This document shows, one piece after another, positions 20,708-32,156 of a stretch of DNA of 64,000 nt. The DNA comes from Gemmatimonadaceae bacterium. Its GTDB lineage: Bacteria > Gemmatimonadota > Gemmatimonadetes > Gemmatimonadales > Gemmatimonadaceae. The notes beneath the pieces are model-generated. The model made no database searches and had not been told where the DNA came from. It worked only from the letters and a program-made list of their open reading frames with translations. A program made the translations under genes and the position numbers. Position 1 is the stretch's first letter. Every line of letters starts with the position of its first letter. The stretch is from NCBI GenBank assembly GCA_051859245.1, contig JBHYGA010000001.1, positions 1,085,622 through 1,149,621 of the forward strand, in the 5' to 3' direction.

Positions 20708-22938
20708 TTATTCCAGAATCTCGATTCGCCGTTCGCCGCGCGCACGTGAACCATCGGGACGCGACATTTCAACGATGAACGCGTAACTGCCGGCGGCAAG
20801 GTTTCGCAGGTCAATCGCAATCGTGCGCGCGACGGTTGGTACGCGCGCCTCAATCACGGCCGCGTCACGACCCGGATCGGGTTCGCGCCACTTGATGCTG
20901 ATGCTGTCGCGGCGACCGTCTGCCACACCAAGCGCTGCGCCGAGTGTGCGGAGCACGCTGTTTTCGTCGCGTCGTACAATTCGTACTTCAACATCAACCG
21001 TATCCCCGGGAACAAAGCCGTAGCTCTCCCAGAAAAGTGCAACCGGCGCTTCACGAGTAAACTCGAGCGAACCCACCATTTGATTGAGCACCGGTTCAAT
21101 CTCTAGCGGCGCCTTGTCTCCTCGTTCGGGAAGGAGCACGAACACTGGATCGGAGACACCCACCTCGCCGGGCAGCATATCTGACAGCGACGGCGGTGGC
21201 GTAATGCCGAATCGACTGCGATGGTCAATCTCGGTGCTTACACGACCGGGCACTTCCACACTCACCACACTCGGCGCCGACTTCAGATGCCCGTTCGCCC
21301 GAAGTGATACGCCCGGCGGCAAGGTTGTGTCTGCAATGGTCCGGATATCAACCGGGCTGGTGCTCGCGACAATCGCCACCGGAATCGGGGTGCGAACGCG
21401 CGGATCGAGTTGGTGCACGGGATCGTCAATGGCAATGCCGAACAGCACGCTGGTGTCGCGTCGCAACATCAGCGTTTGGCCTTCGGGCAGGAGCGCGATT
21501 CGGCGAGGGAATGCCACATGCTCGGTGGGCCACCAATCGTCCTGGGAAATGCTATCGGGACGACCGAGTGGCCAATCGGTGGCGCGTGCTTCAAACGGAT
21601 TGTTGATCGCGCGATAATCGGGAAGCAAGGTGACGCGATCGGGCGCGTATTCCTTGGACGTGTAGGGCGGCTCCGCCTGCATCATCACGCTTTCGCGGCC
21701 AATGTTGATGGCCGAGTCCATCTGGTAGCCCGCCCAATAGGTATGCGTGGGCCAGCCATATCGAATGATTGTTTCCTGCAGCGCTTCACCAGCCGCGACC
21801 GCGCGCCACACGTAGCGTTCGTCTTCTTCGAACGCGGAGCGCAGCGCCAGGTGTGTGCGACGCGCGTGGTGCGCCACGAATCGTTCGTTGCCGGGAATGG
21901 ACCAGAGTGGATCCGACATCCACCACACGCGCTCACCCAGCTCGGCTTGCACTTCGCACGGCAATCCACGGGCTTCGCGTCGCGGTCCGGCGGGCAACAG
22001 CACCAGCACGGTGGTGTCGGCACAGGGCACGCCCGCGCTTTTCTTTTCTGCGGCCACGCTACGCCGAAACGCACGTTCGGCATCCTGGAGTTGCCACGAC
22101 TGTTCATACACCAGGCCTTCGAGGGCCGCGCACCACGCTTCGTCACTGGTGCACGCACGCGCGACCGAGAGCGCGCGATCGAAGTCGGAGTTGTCAATCA
22201 GAAAGCGTACCAGCTGGCCGGAAATCCAGCCATCGTTTGGATAGCGTTGGGCCGCCTGCGTCAAACGTGTGATCACGGTGTCTCGCGCCCGTCGAACGAT
22301 GGGGCGAATGCCGATCGGAAGCGCCAGATCAAGTCGTTCTCCTTCATCGAGCGGAATACCGATTTCTTCCGGCACCCACATGGGACACACCTGGCCCTTA
22401 TTGCGGTCGCCGCGAACTCGACGCGGATTCTCGAGCGAGAGCGAATTGCCTCCAATCGTACTCGCGGAGATGGAGGGCGAATCTTCTCCCGAGGGTGCGC
22501 TGCGCGCTGCACTCGCGGCCACCATGCGATCAACAACGCTCGCGCGTTCACGCACACTCACTGGTGCGGCAACATTGGTTCCGTACAACTGGGCTTCGGC
22601 GTTGGCCATATCCACTTCGCCGAGCCAGCCGGTGTAGCACAGCAGCGCCTGGTAGCGTCGTACCTCAGGCGTGAAGTTTCGAAAGTTGTAGTCGTTCTGT
22701 GTCTGCGTCAGGTTGATGTTCACCTGCCCGCGATCAATCAGCGATTCCTTCCACGCGTCGCGCCAGGTGCGATGGAAGCGCGAGATGCGCTTGACCAGAT
22801 CTTTCCGCAGCTCGATCGAGTCTTTGTCCGGCGGTTGCACCATTACTACCGACGCGCTCGCGGGCGCGGGCGTCATGATGATCGCGCCGAGGAGAAGCGT
22901 TCGAAAACCGCGCGCCACATGGTGGACAAGACACAGGT

Positions 22939-22942
<4 letters not shown>
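20708..22942 (-). CDS. Exported hypothetical protein with TPR-like and divergent GWxTD-like segments
   Basis: Signal peptide; WWMSDPLWSIPGNER...IRYGWP; beta-rich C-terminus. Confidence 0.65.
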
Positions 22943-25062
<2,120 letters not shown>

Positions 25063-25391
25063 AGACCTAGAATGCGCCAGAACGAGAGTTCGCTCCAGCA
25101 CATGTGACGAGGATTTTGGGACGATTGGACGAACGGGAGCCAGAAAGCTAGAGCATGCCCCTAGCGTGGGATTGCCCGAATGGGATAGCTTACGAGGCTG
25201 GGCGTTCGCGCCCGGAAACCCTGCCGGCCGAGTTCGGGGCCGCCGGCAGTGGCGATGCCACGCTGATTCACCGCCGGAGAAGTGCTCCGGTTGGGCAGCG
25301 CGGCCTCTCGCACCACAGGCCGACGCAGCAGGTCGGATTTGTGGCTCCAGCTGTCCTCGCAAACGGGCGCCGGGCGTCCGGGAGTATCAAT

Positions 25392-25769
25392 ATGCATCCG
25401 TTCATCGAAACGCAGAAAGAGTGGCTGCGCGACGACATTCCGCCGTTCCGTCCAGGCGATACCGTGCGCGTCAATGTGCGAGTGAAGGAAGGCGACAAGG
25501 AGCGCTTGCAGGCGTTCGAAGGTGTGTGCATCGCCCGTCGTGGTGGTGGTGTGAGCGAAACGTTTACGGTGCGCAAGATCTCGAACGGTGTTGGCGTGGA
25601 GCGCATTTTCCCGCTGCACAGCCCGATGATCGGGAGCCTGATCGTGGTGCGTCGTGGTGTCGTGCGTCGCGCAAAGCTGTACTACCTGCGTGATGTGGTC
25701 GGCAAGGCCGCGCGTATCAAGGAACGCAAGACGGTGCGTCCGCCCAAGGGATCGGCCACCAGCAACTGA
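25392..25769 (+). CDS. rplS: 50S ribosomal protein L19
   Basis: [44 protein letters not shown]. Confidence 0.98.
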   Translation: MHPFIETQKEWLRDDIPPFRPGDTVRVNVRVKEGDKERLQAFEGVCIARRGGGVSETFTVRKISNGVGVERIFPLHSPMIGSLIVVRRGVVRRAKLYYLRDVVGKAARIKERKTVRPPKGSATSN

Positions 25770-25808
25770 TCCAACGGTGCACACGCGCGTCGCGGGAGCA
25801 CCTGACTG

Positions 25809-26441
25809 ATGGCGCGGTGGAGTCGCCTCGAAGCGACGTTGCGCACGCGACACGGGCCCGTGCTCGCCGGAGTCGATGAAGTCGGACGGGGCCCCCTAGC
25901 GGGCCCCGTCGTCGCATGTGCGGTCGTCATGCCGGCCGGCGTGCGCGCGATCTCTGGCGTGGCCGATTCCAAACAGCTTGATGCCAACACACGCACCGTG
26001 CTGGCGGCGCGCATTCGCGACACGGCGCTGAGCATCGGGGTGGGGGCCGCGTCTGTGCGCGAGATTGATCAGATCAACATTCTCCACGCCACGGTGCGCG
26101 CCATGCAGCGCGCGCTTGCACACTGTGAGCGACGGTTGGGCCAGCGCCCGGATCATATTCTGGTTGACGGAAATCCTCTGCGATGGCTCGGCGTGGAGCA
26201 CACGGCCGTGGTCAAAGGCGACGCGTCATGTTATTCCATCGCCTGCGCGTCGATTGTTGCGAAAGTGCTGCGCGACGGATTGATGCAGCGTTTGGCAACC
26301 CGACATCAGGGATACGCATGGGAGCGGAATGTGGGCTACGGAACCGCTGCCCATCGTGCGGCGATTGAACAACACGGATTGTCGGTGCACCATCGACGAT
26401 CGTTCTGTCTTTCGCTGCAGACCTCGCTGGAGTTGTTGTGA
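25809..26441 (+). CDS. rnhB: Ribonuclease HII
   Basis: GVDEVGRGPLAGPV, DSK, VKGDA..SIA.ASIVAKV. Confidence 0.96.
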   Translation: MARWSRLEATLRTRHGPVLAGVDEVGRGPLAGPVVACAVVMPAGVRAISGVADSKQLDANTRTVLAARIRDTALSIGVGAASVREIDQINILHATVRAMQRALAHCERRLGQRPDHILVDGNPLRWLGVEHTAVVKGDASCYSIACASIVAKVLRDGLMQRLATRHQGYAWERNVGYGTAAHRAAIEQHGLSVHHRRSFCLSLQTSLELL

Positions 26442-27004
26442 CGGATTCTGAGGAGGAAGCGGCCGCGCTCGCAAACGCGATCACGCTTGAGCTGCCGATG
26501 CACGAGCATGTGCCGGCGCCCATGCTTGACAATCAGCCGCGCAGCCTCGCGCCTCGTGTGATTTGGGCGTGGCGTATCGGCATGATGACGCAGGCAATTT
26601 TCCCGTCCATCCTGCTCGGCGTTGGTGTGTGGATCGTCTGGCGTGTGGAGCACGTGTGGTGGATCGCCGGCGCCGTCGCCGCGCCGTGGCTGCTCGCGGC
26701 AGTGCTCGCGTATCGACTACCACCACGCCGCTACGCCGTGTGGCGCTATCAGGTCACCGACGACGCACTGCGGCTGGACCGCGGCGTGATGGTGCGCGTG
26801 GAAAGTGTGGTGCCCTATACACGCATTCAGCACGTGGATACGGAGCAGGGGCCGATTGAACGTGCACTCGGCCTCACGCGCGTGATTGTGCACACCGCCT
26901 CGGGCAGTGGCAGCACGCTGTCGATTCCCGGACTGACGCCGTCCGATGCGGCCGCACTGCGCGAACGACTCGCCGTGCTCGCCGGTGTTGTTGAGCCGCT
27001 CTAG
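26438..27004 (+). CDS. YdbS-like bacterial PH-domain membrane protein
   Basis: 2 TM then VPYTRIQHVDTEQGPIERALGL. Confidence 0.85.
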   Translation: MTDSEEEAAALANAITLELPMHEHVPAPMLDNQPRSLAPRVIWAWRIGMMTQAIFPSILLGVGVWIVWRVEHVWWIAGAVAAPWLLAAVLAYRLPPRRYAVWRYQVTDDALRLDRGVMVRVESVVPYTRIQHVDTEQGPIERALGLTRVIVHTASGSGSTLSIPGLTPSDAAALRERLAVLAGVVEPL

Positions 27005-28737
27005 TGCACGCTGATCAAGCCGACGCGGCGCCAACGCGGGCGACCGAACCCGTGCTCAAGCGACTGCACATTCTCTCAGTGCTGCTTGAATGGGTGACCG
27101 CACTGTCGCGCACGGTGATTCCGTTGTTGTTGCTCTATGTACAAACGCGCGACAAAGGTGGTCGCATTATCGCGATCCTTGGCGTGAGTGCGCTGGCGCT
27201 CACCGCGCTCTGGTCGATTGCCTCGTACCTCGCCACGCGGTACGGCGTGAGCGATGACGCGCTGCTTGTGCGCAGCGGCGTGTTGCGACGCCAGTCCCGA
27301 ATCATTCCGTTCAGTCGCATCCAAACGGTGAACGTGCAGCAGAAGGCGCTGCAACGCGTGTTCGGTGTGGCCGAGTTGCGCGTGGAAACAGCGACTCAAG
27401 GGAGCGAAGCCGAGGCGGTACTGAGCGTGTTGCGGTGGCGCGACGCGCAGGCGTTGCGCGAACAGTTGGTGGCGGCGCGACTCTCGGCGATCGCGCCGCG
27501 CATGGCCGCGGCTCGCGCGCCGCTGTCGAACACGCACAACGCGCACTCGCCTGACGCGCACTCGCCTGACGCGCACTCGCCTGACGCGCACTCGCCTGAC
27601 GCGCACTCGCCTGACGCACCATCGCACGCCGAAGCGCCGCACGCCGCGCCTACGCCGGAACTGATTGCGGCGATTGATGTGGAAGAACTGATGGTGGCCG
27701 GTGGCACGTCAAACAACATTGGTGTGCTGCTCGCCTTGCTGATCAGTGGATGTGAACGCTTCGGTTCGTCGTTTATTGAGGGGCTGCTGCTTCCGGGTGG
27801 ACTCGGCACGCCGATGAATGCGCTCTCGCTTGCCATGAGCAACACCTGGGCCATCGCGCTGCTGGTGCTCGTCGGCGTGATCCCGATCTTGTTCGCGTCG
27901 TGGCTGGTGTCTGTTGCGGGTTCGGTGGTACGCTACTACGGCTTCACGCTTGAACGGGTGGGGCGTGATTTGCGTCGTCGCCACGGCTTGTTCAGCCGTG
28001 TCGAAGCCAGCGTTCCCATGGCGCGCGCGCAAGCGCTGCGATTCAAACAATCACTGCTGCGACGTCCCTTCGGGCGCGGCGAACTGTTGCTTGTATCGGC
28101 GGGCTCCGTGGCCACGCGCGAGAACACCTCCGGTGGACAGCAGCATCTCATGCCGATTCTGCGTGTGGAGAAAGTCGCCGAGTTGGTGTCGGTGGTGTTT
28201 CCGGATGCTGATGTATCTGAGGTGCTGGCTGCGCACACCACGGAGTCCGTGTGGCAACGTGCGTCCCCGGTGTCGTGGCTTCGCAACGCGCTCAGTCTCA
28301 GTTTGCAACTGGGCATACTGCTCGGGGTGCTGGTGATGTGGCTTGGCGAGAGTTGGTGGAGCGCGGCCTGGTTGTTCCCGCTGGTCTGGCTCCTCGCGTG
28401 CGCGCGCTGGCGTGCACGCGGACTGACGCTAGTGCCGGGCTACGTGCTGGTTCGACAAGGCGGCATTTCGCGCACCACCATCATCATGCCTGAGAGCAAG
28501 CTGCAGTTGATTGAAGTGCAGCAAGGACCGCTGCAGCGTATGTTCGGATTGGCCACGCTGCACCTGACCACTGCCGGACAAGGTGGTGAGGCCAGCATGG
28601 TTGATCTGCGGTTGGCGGAAGCACGAGCCGTACGTGATGACCTTGCTGCACGCCTGCCTCGATCAGTGCGCGCGTCGGGTCGAACCATCCGCGATGCCGC
28701 GGCACCACTTCACCTCGCACCACTCCGGAGTACTTGA
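27004..28737 (+). CDS. YdbT-like membrane protein with three bPH domains
   Basis: Three RIQ.V...Q..L.R.FG-type repeats separated by TM pairs. Confidence 0.85.
   Translation: MHADQADAAPTRATEPVLKRLHILSVLLEWVTALSRTVIPLLLLYVQTRDKGGRIIAILGVSALALTALWSIASYLATRYGVSDDALLVRSGVLRRQSRIIPFSRIQTVNVQQKALQRVFGVAELRVETATQGSEAEAVLSVLRWRDAQALREQLVAARLSAIAPRMAAARAPLSNTHNAHSPDAHSPDAHSPDAHSPDAHSPDAPSHAEAPHAAPTPELIAAIDVEELMVAGGTSNNIGVLLALLISGCERFGSSFIEGLLLPGGLGTPMNALSLAMSNTWAIALLVLVGVIPILFASWLVSVAGSVVRYYGFTLERVGRDLRRRHGLFSRVEASVPMARAQALRFKQSLLRRPFGRGELLLVSAGSVATRENTSGGQQHLMPILRVEKVAELVSVVFPDADVSEVLAAHTTESVWQRASPVSWLRNALSLSLQLGILLGVLVMWLGESWWSAAWLFPLVWLLACARWRARGLTLVPGYVLVRQGGISRTTIIMPESKLQLIEVQQGPLQRMFGLATLHLTTAGQGGEASMVDLRLAEARAVRDDLAARLPRSVRASGRTIRDAAAPLHLAPLRST
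27541..27615. repeat. In-frame 15-bp tandem repeat GCGCACTCGCCTGAC x5, encoding (AHSPD)5
   Basis: Direct reading of sequence. Confidence 0.95.
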
Positions 28738-28740
28738 GCC

Positions 28741-29571
28741 ATGGCGCCAGAACCCGACGCGATTTTTCGACCCGACTTGCTGGCAGGGCACGTCGCGCTG
28801 ATCACCGGTGGTGGCAGTGGCATTGGTCTCGGCATTTCCGAGCTGCTGGCGTCACTTGGTATGCACGTGGTGATTGCCAGTCGCAAGCCGGAGCACTTTG
28901 ACGTGGCGCGTGACAGTCTGCTGGCGAAGGGTTTGTCGGTCAGCAGCGTTGCGCTTGATGTGCGTGATCAGGAGCGCGTGCGTACTGTGGTCGATCAGGT
29001 ATCACAACAACACGGTCGTCTCGATCTGTTGGTCAATAACGCCGCCGGCAATTTCTACGCGCCCAGTGCAACGCTCTCACCGAACGCATGGAAGGCCGTG
29101 CTGGAAATTGATCTGTACGGCACGTTTCACTGTTCGCAGGCCGTATATCCGATCATGAAAGCGCAGGGCGGTGGTCGCATTGTGAGCACGTCCATGACGC
29201 TGCACTATCGTGGTTGGCCGCAGATGGCGCACGCCACGGCAGCGAAAGCCGGTGTGGACGCGCTCACTCGAACGCTCGCGGTGGAGTGGGCGCCAGAGCG
29301 TATTCGTGTGAATGCAATTGCACCAGGTCCAATTCCCACCGAAGGTGTTCGCAAAGCGTTCACGCCGCTCCCAGACAGCGGTATTCCCGATGTGTTTGCG
29401 GCCGCAACGGAACGCATGGAACAGTACGCGCGCGATCGCATACCACTGGGTCGATGGGGCACACCGCGCGACGTGGCGAACATGGTCGCGTTTCTGGCCT
29501 CACCGGGCGGAGATTGGATTACGGGCGCGATTTTTGTGATCGACGGCGGAGAGTGGCTCGCAAAAAGTTAA
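28741..29571 (+). CDS. SDR, 2,4-dienoyl-CoA reductase-like
   Basis: TGGGSGIG, NNAAGNF, AAKAGV, NAIAPGPI. Confidence 0.88.
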   Translation: MAPEPDAIFRPDLLAGHVALITGGGSGIGLGISELLASLGMHVVIASRKPEHFDVARDSLLAKGLSVSSVALDVRDQERVRTVVDQVSQQHGRLDLLVNNAAGNFYAPSATLSPNAWKAVLEIDLYGTFHCSQAVYPIMKAQGGGRIVSTSMTLHYRGWPQMAHATAAKAGVDALTRTLAVEWAPERIRVNAIAPGPIPTEGVRKAFTPLPDSGIPDVFAAATERMEQYARDRIPLGRWGTPRDVANMVAFLASPGGDWITGAIFVIDGGEWLAKS

Positions 29572-29672
29572 GAACCCGTGCGCTGGGTCACTGCAGCGGA
29601 CCAGAGTGTCACCTTTCTTACATGCAGTGTGCCGGCTCTGGTGCCGCGCACCTTCACATGAGAGGAGGCTGT

Positions 29673-30302
29673 ATGCGTACACTGCGACTGTTTGGAATGG
29701 CGGCGCTGGCAGCGACGTCACTCGGTGCCTGTGCCACGAAGGGTTTTGTTCGGACCGGACTTGAAGAGCAGCGTTCTGCACTCACGGCCGAGATTGCCGC
29801 TGAGCGCGCGGGCCGTATTGCTGGTGACAGCGCGATTCGCGTTGACCTGGTCGCGATGCGATCCGACCTCACGGCGCTCCGTGATGAGTTCGGCGCCAAG
29901 ATCACGGCCATGGAAGGCAAGGTGAAGTTTGCATTCCCGGTGCATTTCGCATTCGATGACGCCACGGTTCGCGAAGATGATCGCGTTGCCCTTGAGCGCT
30001 TCGCAGAAGTTGTGCGCACGTACTACAACGGCGCCGCCATCACCGTGGAAGGATTCGCGGATCCGGCGGGCTCGAAGGCGTACAACCTCGCCCTGTCGCA
30101 GCGTCGTGCCGACGCCGTTCGTGAGTTCCTTGCTGGCCGTGGCGTTGCACCGTCACTCGTCACGAGCGTTGGCTACGGCAGTGACCGTCAGGTGCGCCCC
30201 GGCGCCATGCGTGATGACGCGGGTGCCGAACTGAATCGCCGTGTGGCGTTTGTGATTGAGTCGCCGGCCGAAAGCACGATCGCGGCGATCTCCATGCGCT
30301 AA
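29673..30302 (+). CDS. OmpA-family lipoprotein
   Basis: SD AGGAGG; lipobox LGAC; VEGFAD..G...YN..LSQRRA, NRRV. Confidence 0.9.
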   Translation: MRTLRLFGMAALAATSLGACATKGFVRTGLEEQRSALTAEIAAERAGRIAGDSAIRVDLVAMRSDLTALRDEFGAKITAMEGKVKFAFPVHFAFDDATVREDDRVALERFAEVVRTYYNGAAITVEGFADPAGSKAYNLALSQRRADAVREFLAGRGVAPSLVTSVGYGSDRQVRPGAMRDDAGAELNRRVAFVIESPAESTIAAISMR

Positions 30303-30514
30303 CAGACGCCTTTGCCGCGAATCGTGACGGTGGTGTCACGGGGACATCTCAGTTCCACGACATCACCTCCGGATCGCTGCAGCGGCAACGCGCGCGCACG
30401 TACACTCCGTACATGCACGCACTCACCGGTTCACGTCGCGAACGGTTGTTGTCGCCCACATTTGCCAAACCGGCGAGTGTGGGCGGCTTGCCGTTAACGC
30501 GCTTCAGGCCCTTG

Positions 30515-31675
30515 ATGACCGACGAGCAATCACTGCGGCTCGCACTCTTTACCGAAACGTGGACACCCCAGGTCAATGGGGTGGCGCGCACGCTCGAGCG
30601 TTTACGAGACGCTGTGATCGCGCGCGGCGGCGATGTGTTGGTGGTCACGGCGGATGATCCGGATGCGCGGGCAGAACCCAATGTCTACCGCGCACCCAGT
30701 GCCCCCTTTTGGGCCTATCCGCAGTTGCGTTTAGCGTGGCCAACGCGGAACACGGTGAGTGAAGTGTTGCGCGCGTTTTCGCCCACGCTTGTGCATGTGG
30801 CGACAGAGTTTGGCGTTGGGCTCGCGGGCCGCTCCGCAGCGCAACGCATGCAACTGCCGCTTGTCACATCGTATCACACCAACTTTACTGCGTACGCGCA
30901 GTACTACAGTCTTGGCATGCTGGCGCGGCCAGGTTGGCAATATCTCCGGTGGTTTCACTCGGCTGGCGCACGCACATATTGCCCCACACAGTCCATCGTG
31001 CGCGAAGTGCAGGCGCAAGGGTTTCAGAACTGTGCGGTGTGGTCGCGCGGCGTGGACACGCAGCGTTTTTCTCCGATGCACAAACGCAGTGCGTTGCGTG
31101 AACAGCTCGGTATTGCCGATGACGTGCTGCTGGTGACGTACGTTGGGCGGATCGCGGCGGAGAAAGGGCTTGATGTGGCGCTGCACGCCATGCGTCTGGC
31201 CGCACAGGCGCGACCGGGGAAAATCGCGTTTGCGGTAATTGGCGATGGTCCGTTCGAACAGGAAACACGCGCTCGCACGCCGGAGCCGCGCTGGATACCG
31301 GGAAAGCTGCTCGGCGCCGAGCTCAGCACGGCGTACGCGTCGTCTGATCTGTTCCTGTTTCCCAGCACCACCGATACGTTCGGCAACGTGCTGCTTGAGG
31401 CGATGGCGTCAGGGTTGCCGGTGGTTGGCGCCGATGTGGGTCCTACCCGCGAACTGATCGGTGAAACGCGCGGCTGGTTGGTGGCGCCGGGGAACGCGGA
31501 GGCCATGGCCGCGGCGCTGGTGCAAGCCGTGGACGAGCCTGCGCTGCGCTACGAGCGCGCGACCGCCGCGCTGGAGTTTGCCGGGGCGTGCAGCTGGGAC
31601 GGCGTCTGGGATCGCCTGTTTCAGGACTACTTGCGACTCCAGCAGCCGAATCGCCCTGTGATCGCGGCGGATTGA
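30515..31675 (+). CDS. GT4 glycosyltransferase (glycolipid synthase-like)
   Basis: PQVNGVA, YHTNF, YVGR...EK, TDTFGNVLLEAMASG. Confidence 0.9.
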   Translation: MTDEQSLRLALFTETWTPQVNGVARTLERLRDAVIARGGDVLVVTADDPDARAEPNVYRAPSAPFWAYPQLRLAWPTRNTVSEVLRAFSPTLVHVATEFGVGLAGRSAAQRMQLPLVTSYHTNFTAYAQYYSLGMLARPGWQYLRWFHSAGARTYCPTQSIVREVQAQGFQNCAVWSRGVDTQRFSPMHKRSALREQLGIADDVLLVTYVGRIAAEKGLDVALHAMRLAAQARPGKIAFAVIGDGPFEQETRARTPEPRWIPGKLLGAELSTAYASSDLFLFPSTTDTFGNVLLEAMASGLPVVGADVGPTRELIGETRGWLVAPGNAEAMAAALVQAVDEPALRYERATAALEFAGACSWDGVWDRLFQDYLRLQQPNRPVIAAD

Positions 31676-31699
31676 CATAGGGGGTGGGGGTATTATAAG
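31672..31699 (+). promoter_or_regulatory. copZ promoter with CsoR/RcnR-type G-tract operator
   Basis: TTGACA-16 bp-TATAAG with ATAGGGGGTGGGGGTAT spanning the spacer. Confidence 0.6.
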
Positions 31700-31762
31700 C
31701 TTCCGGTAGCTGCCGGAGACGGCGTATGACGACGCTGACCCCCTTTCTTGGAGTGAACACCG

Positions 31763-31981
31763 ATGGAGACCCTGTCCCTGCACATCGAGGGCATGAGCTG
31801 CCAGCACTGTGTGCGTGCCGTCCGCAACGCCTTGACGGCGATGCCTGGGGTGGCGCTGGATAGCGTGAATCTGGGCACCGCGACGCTTTCCTTTGACCCG
31901 GCGCAGTCGAGCGCTGAGGCCATCACGGAGGCTGTGCAGGACGCCGGATACTCCGCCACAGCAGTTCTCGTGAACGACTGA
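31763..31981 (+). CDS. Heavy-metal-associated (CopZ-like) chaperone
   Basis: EGMSCQHC motif, 72 aa, SD GGAG. Confidence 0.9.
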   Translation: METLSLHIEGMSCQHCVRAVRNALTAMPGVALDSVNLGTATLSFDPAQSSAEAITEAVQDAGYSATAVLVND

Positions 31982-32040
31982 CAGTTTTCGCGAACATTTG
32001 TATATATTGCGACGTTCCTCCACGCAGTGTGGAGTGTGTC

Positions 32041-32113
32041 GACTCGGTAGCTCAGCTGGTAGAGCAGCGGACTTTTAATCCGTAGGTCGTGGGTTCAAGT
32101 CCCACCCGGGTCA
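32041..32113 (+). tRNA. tRNA-Lys(TTT)
   Basis: GACTCGG/CCGGGTC acceptor, anticodon loop CTTTTAA, GTTCAAG T-loop; CCA not encoded. Confidence 0.95.
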
Positions 32114-32156
32114 TTGGCGTCCCCGTTGTGCACGGTGATGCGCCATCTTTCTTCGT

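Noticed and set aside
25063..25362. 100-aa N-terminal extension of the prolyl oligopeptidase
   Set aside because: Crosses the divergent promoter region; family similarity starts after ATG 25062
25155..25391. 79-aa in-frame N-terminal extension of L19
   Set aside because: Good SD and typical N-terminus at ATG 25392; treated as UTR
32041..32156. Integrated element at tRNA-Lys (or tRNA-Asn)
   Set aside because: No integrase and no duplicated tRNA 3' end noticed
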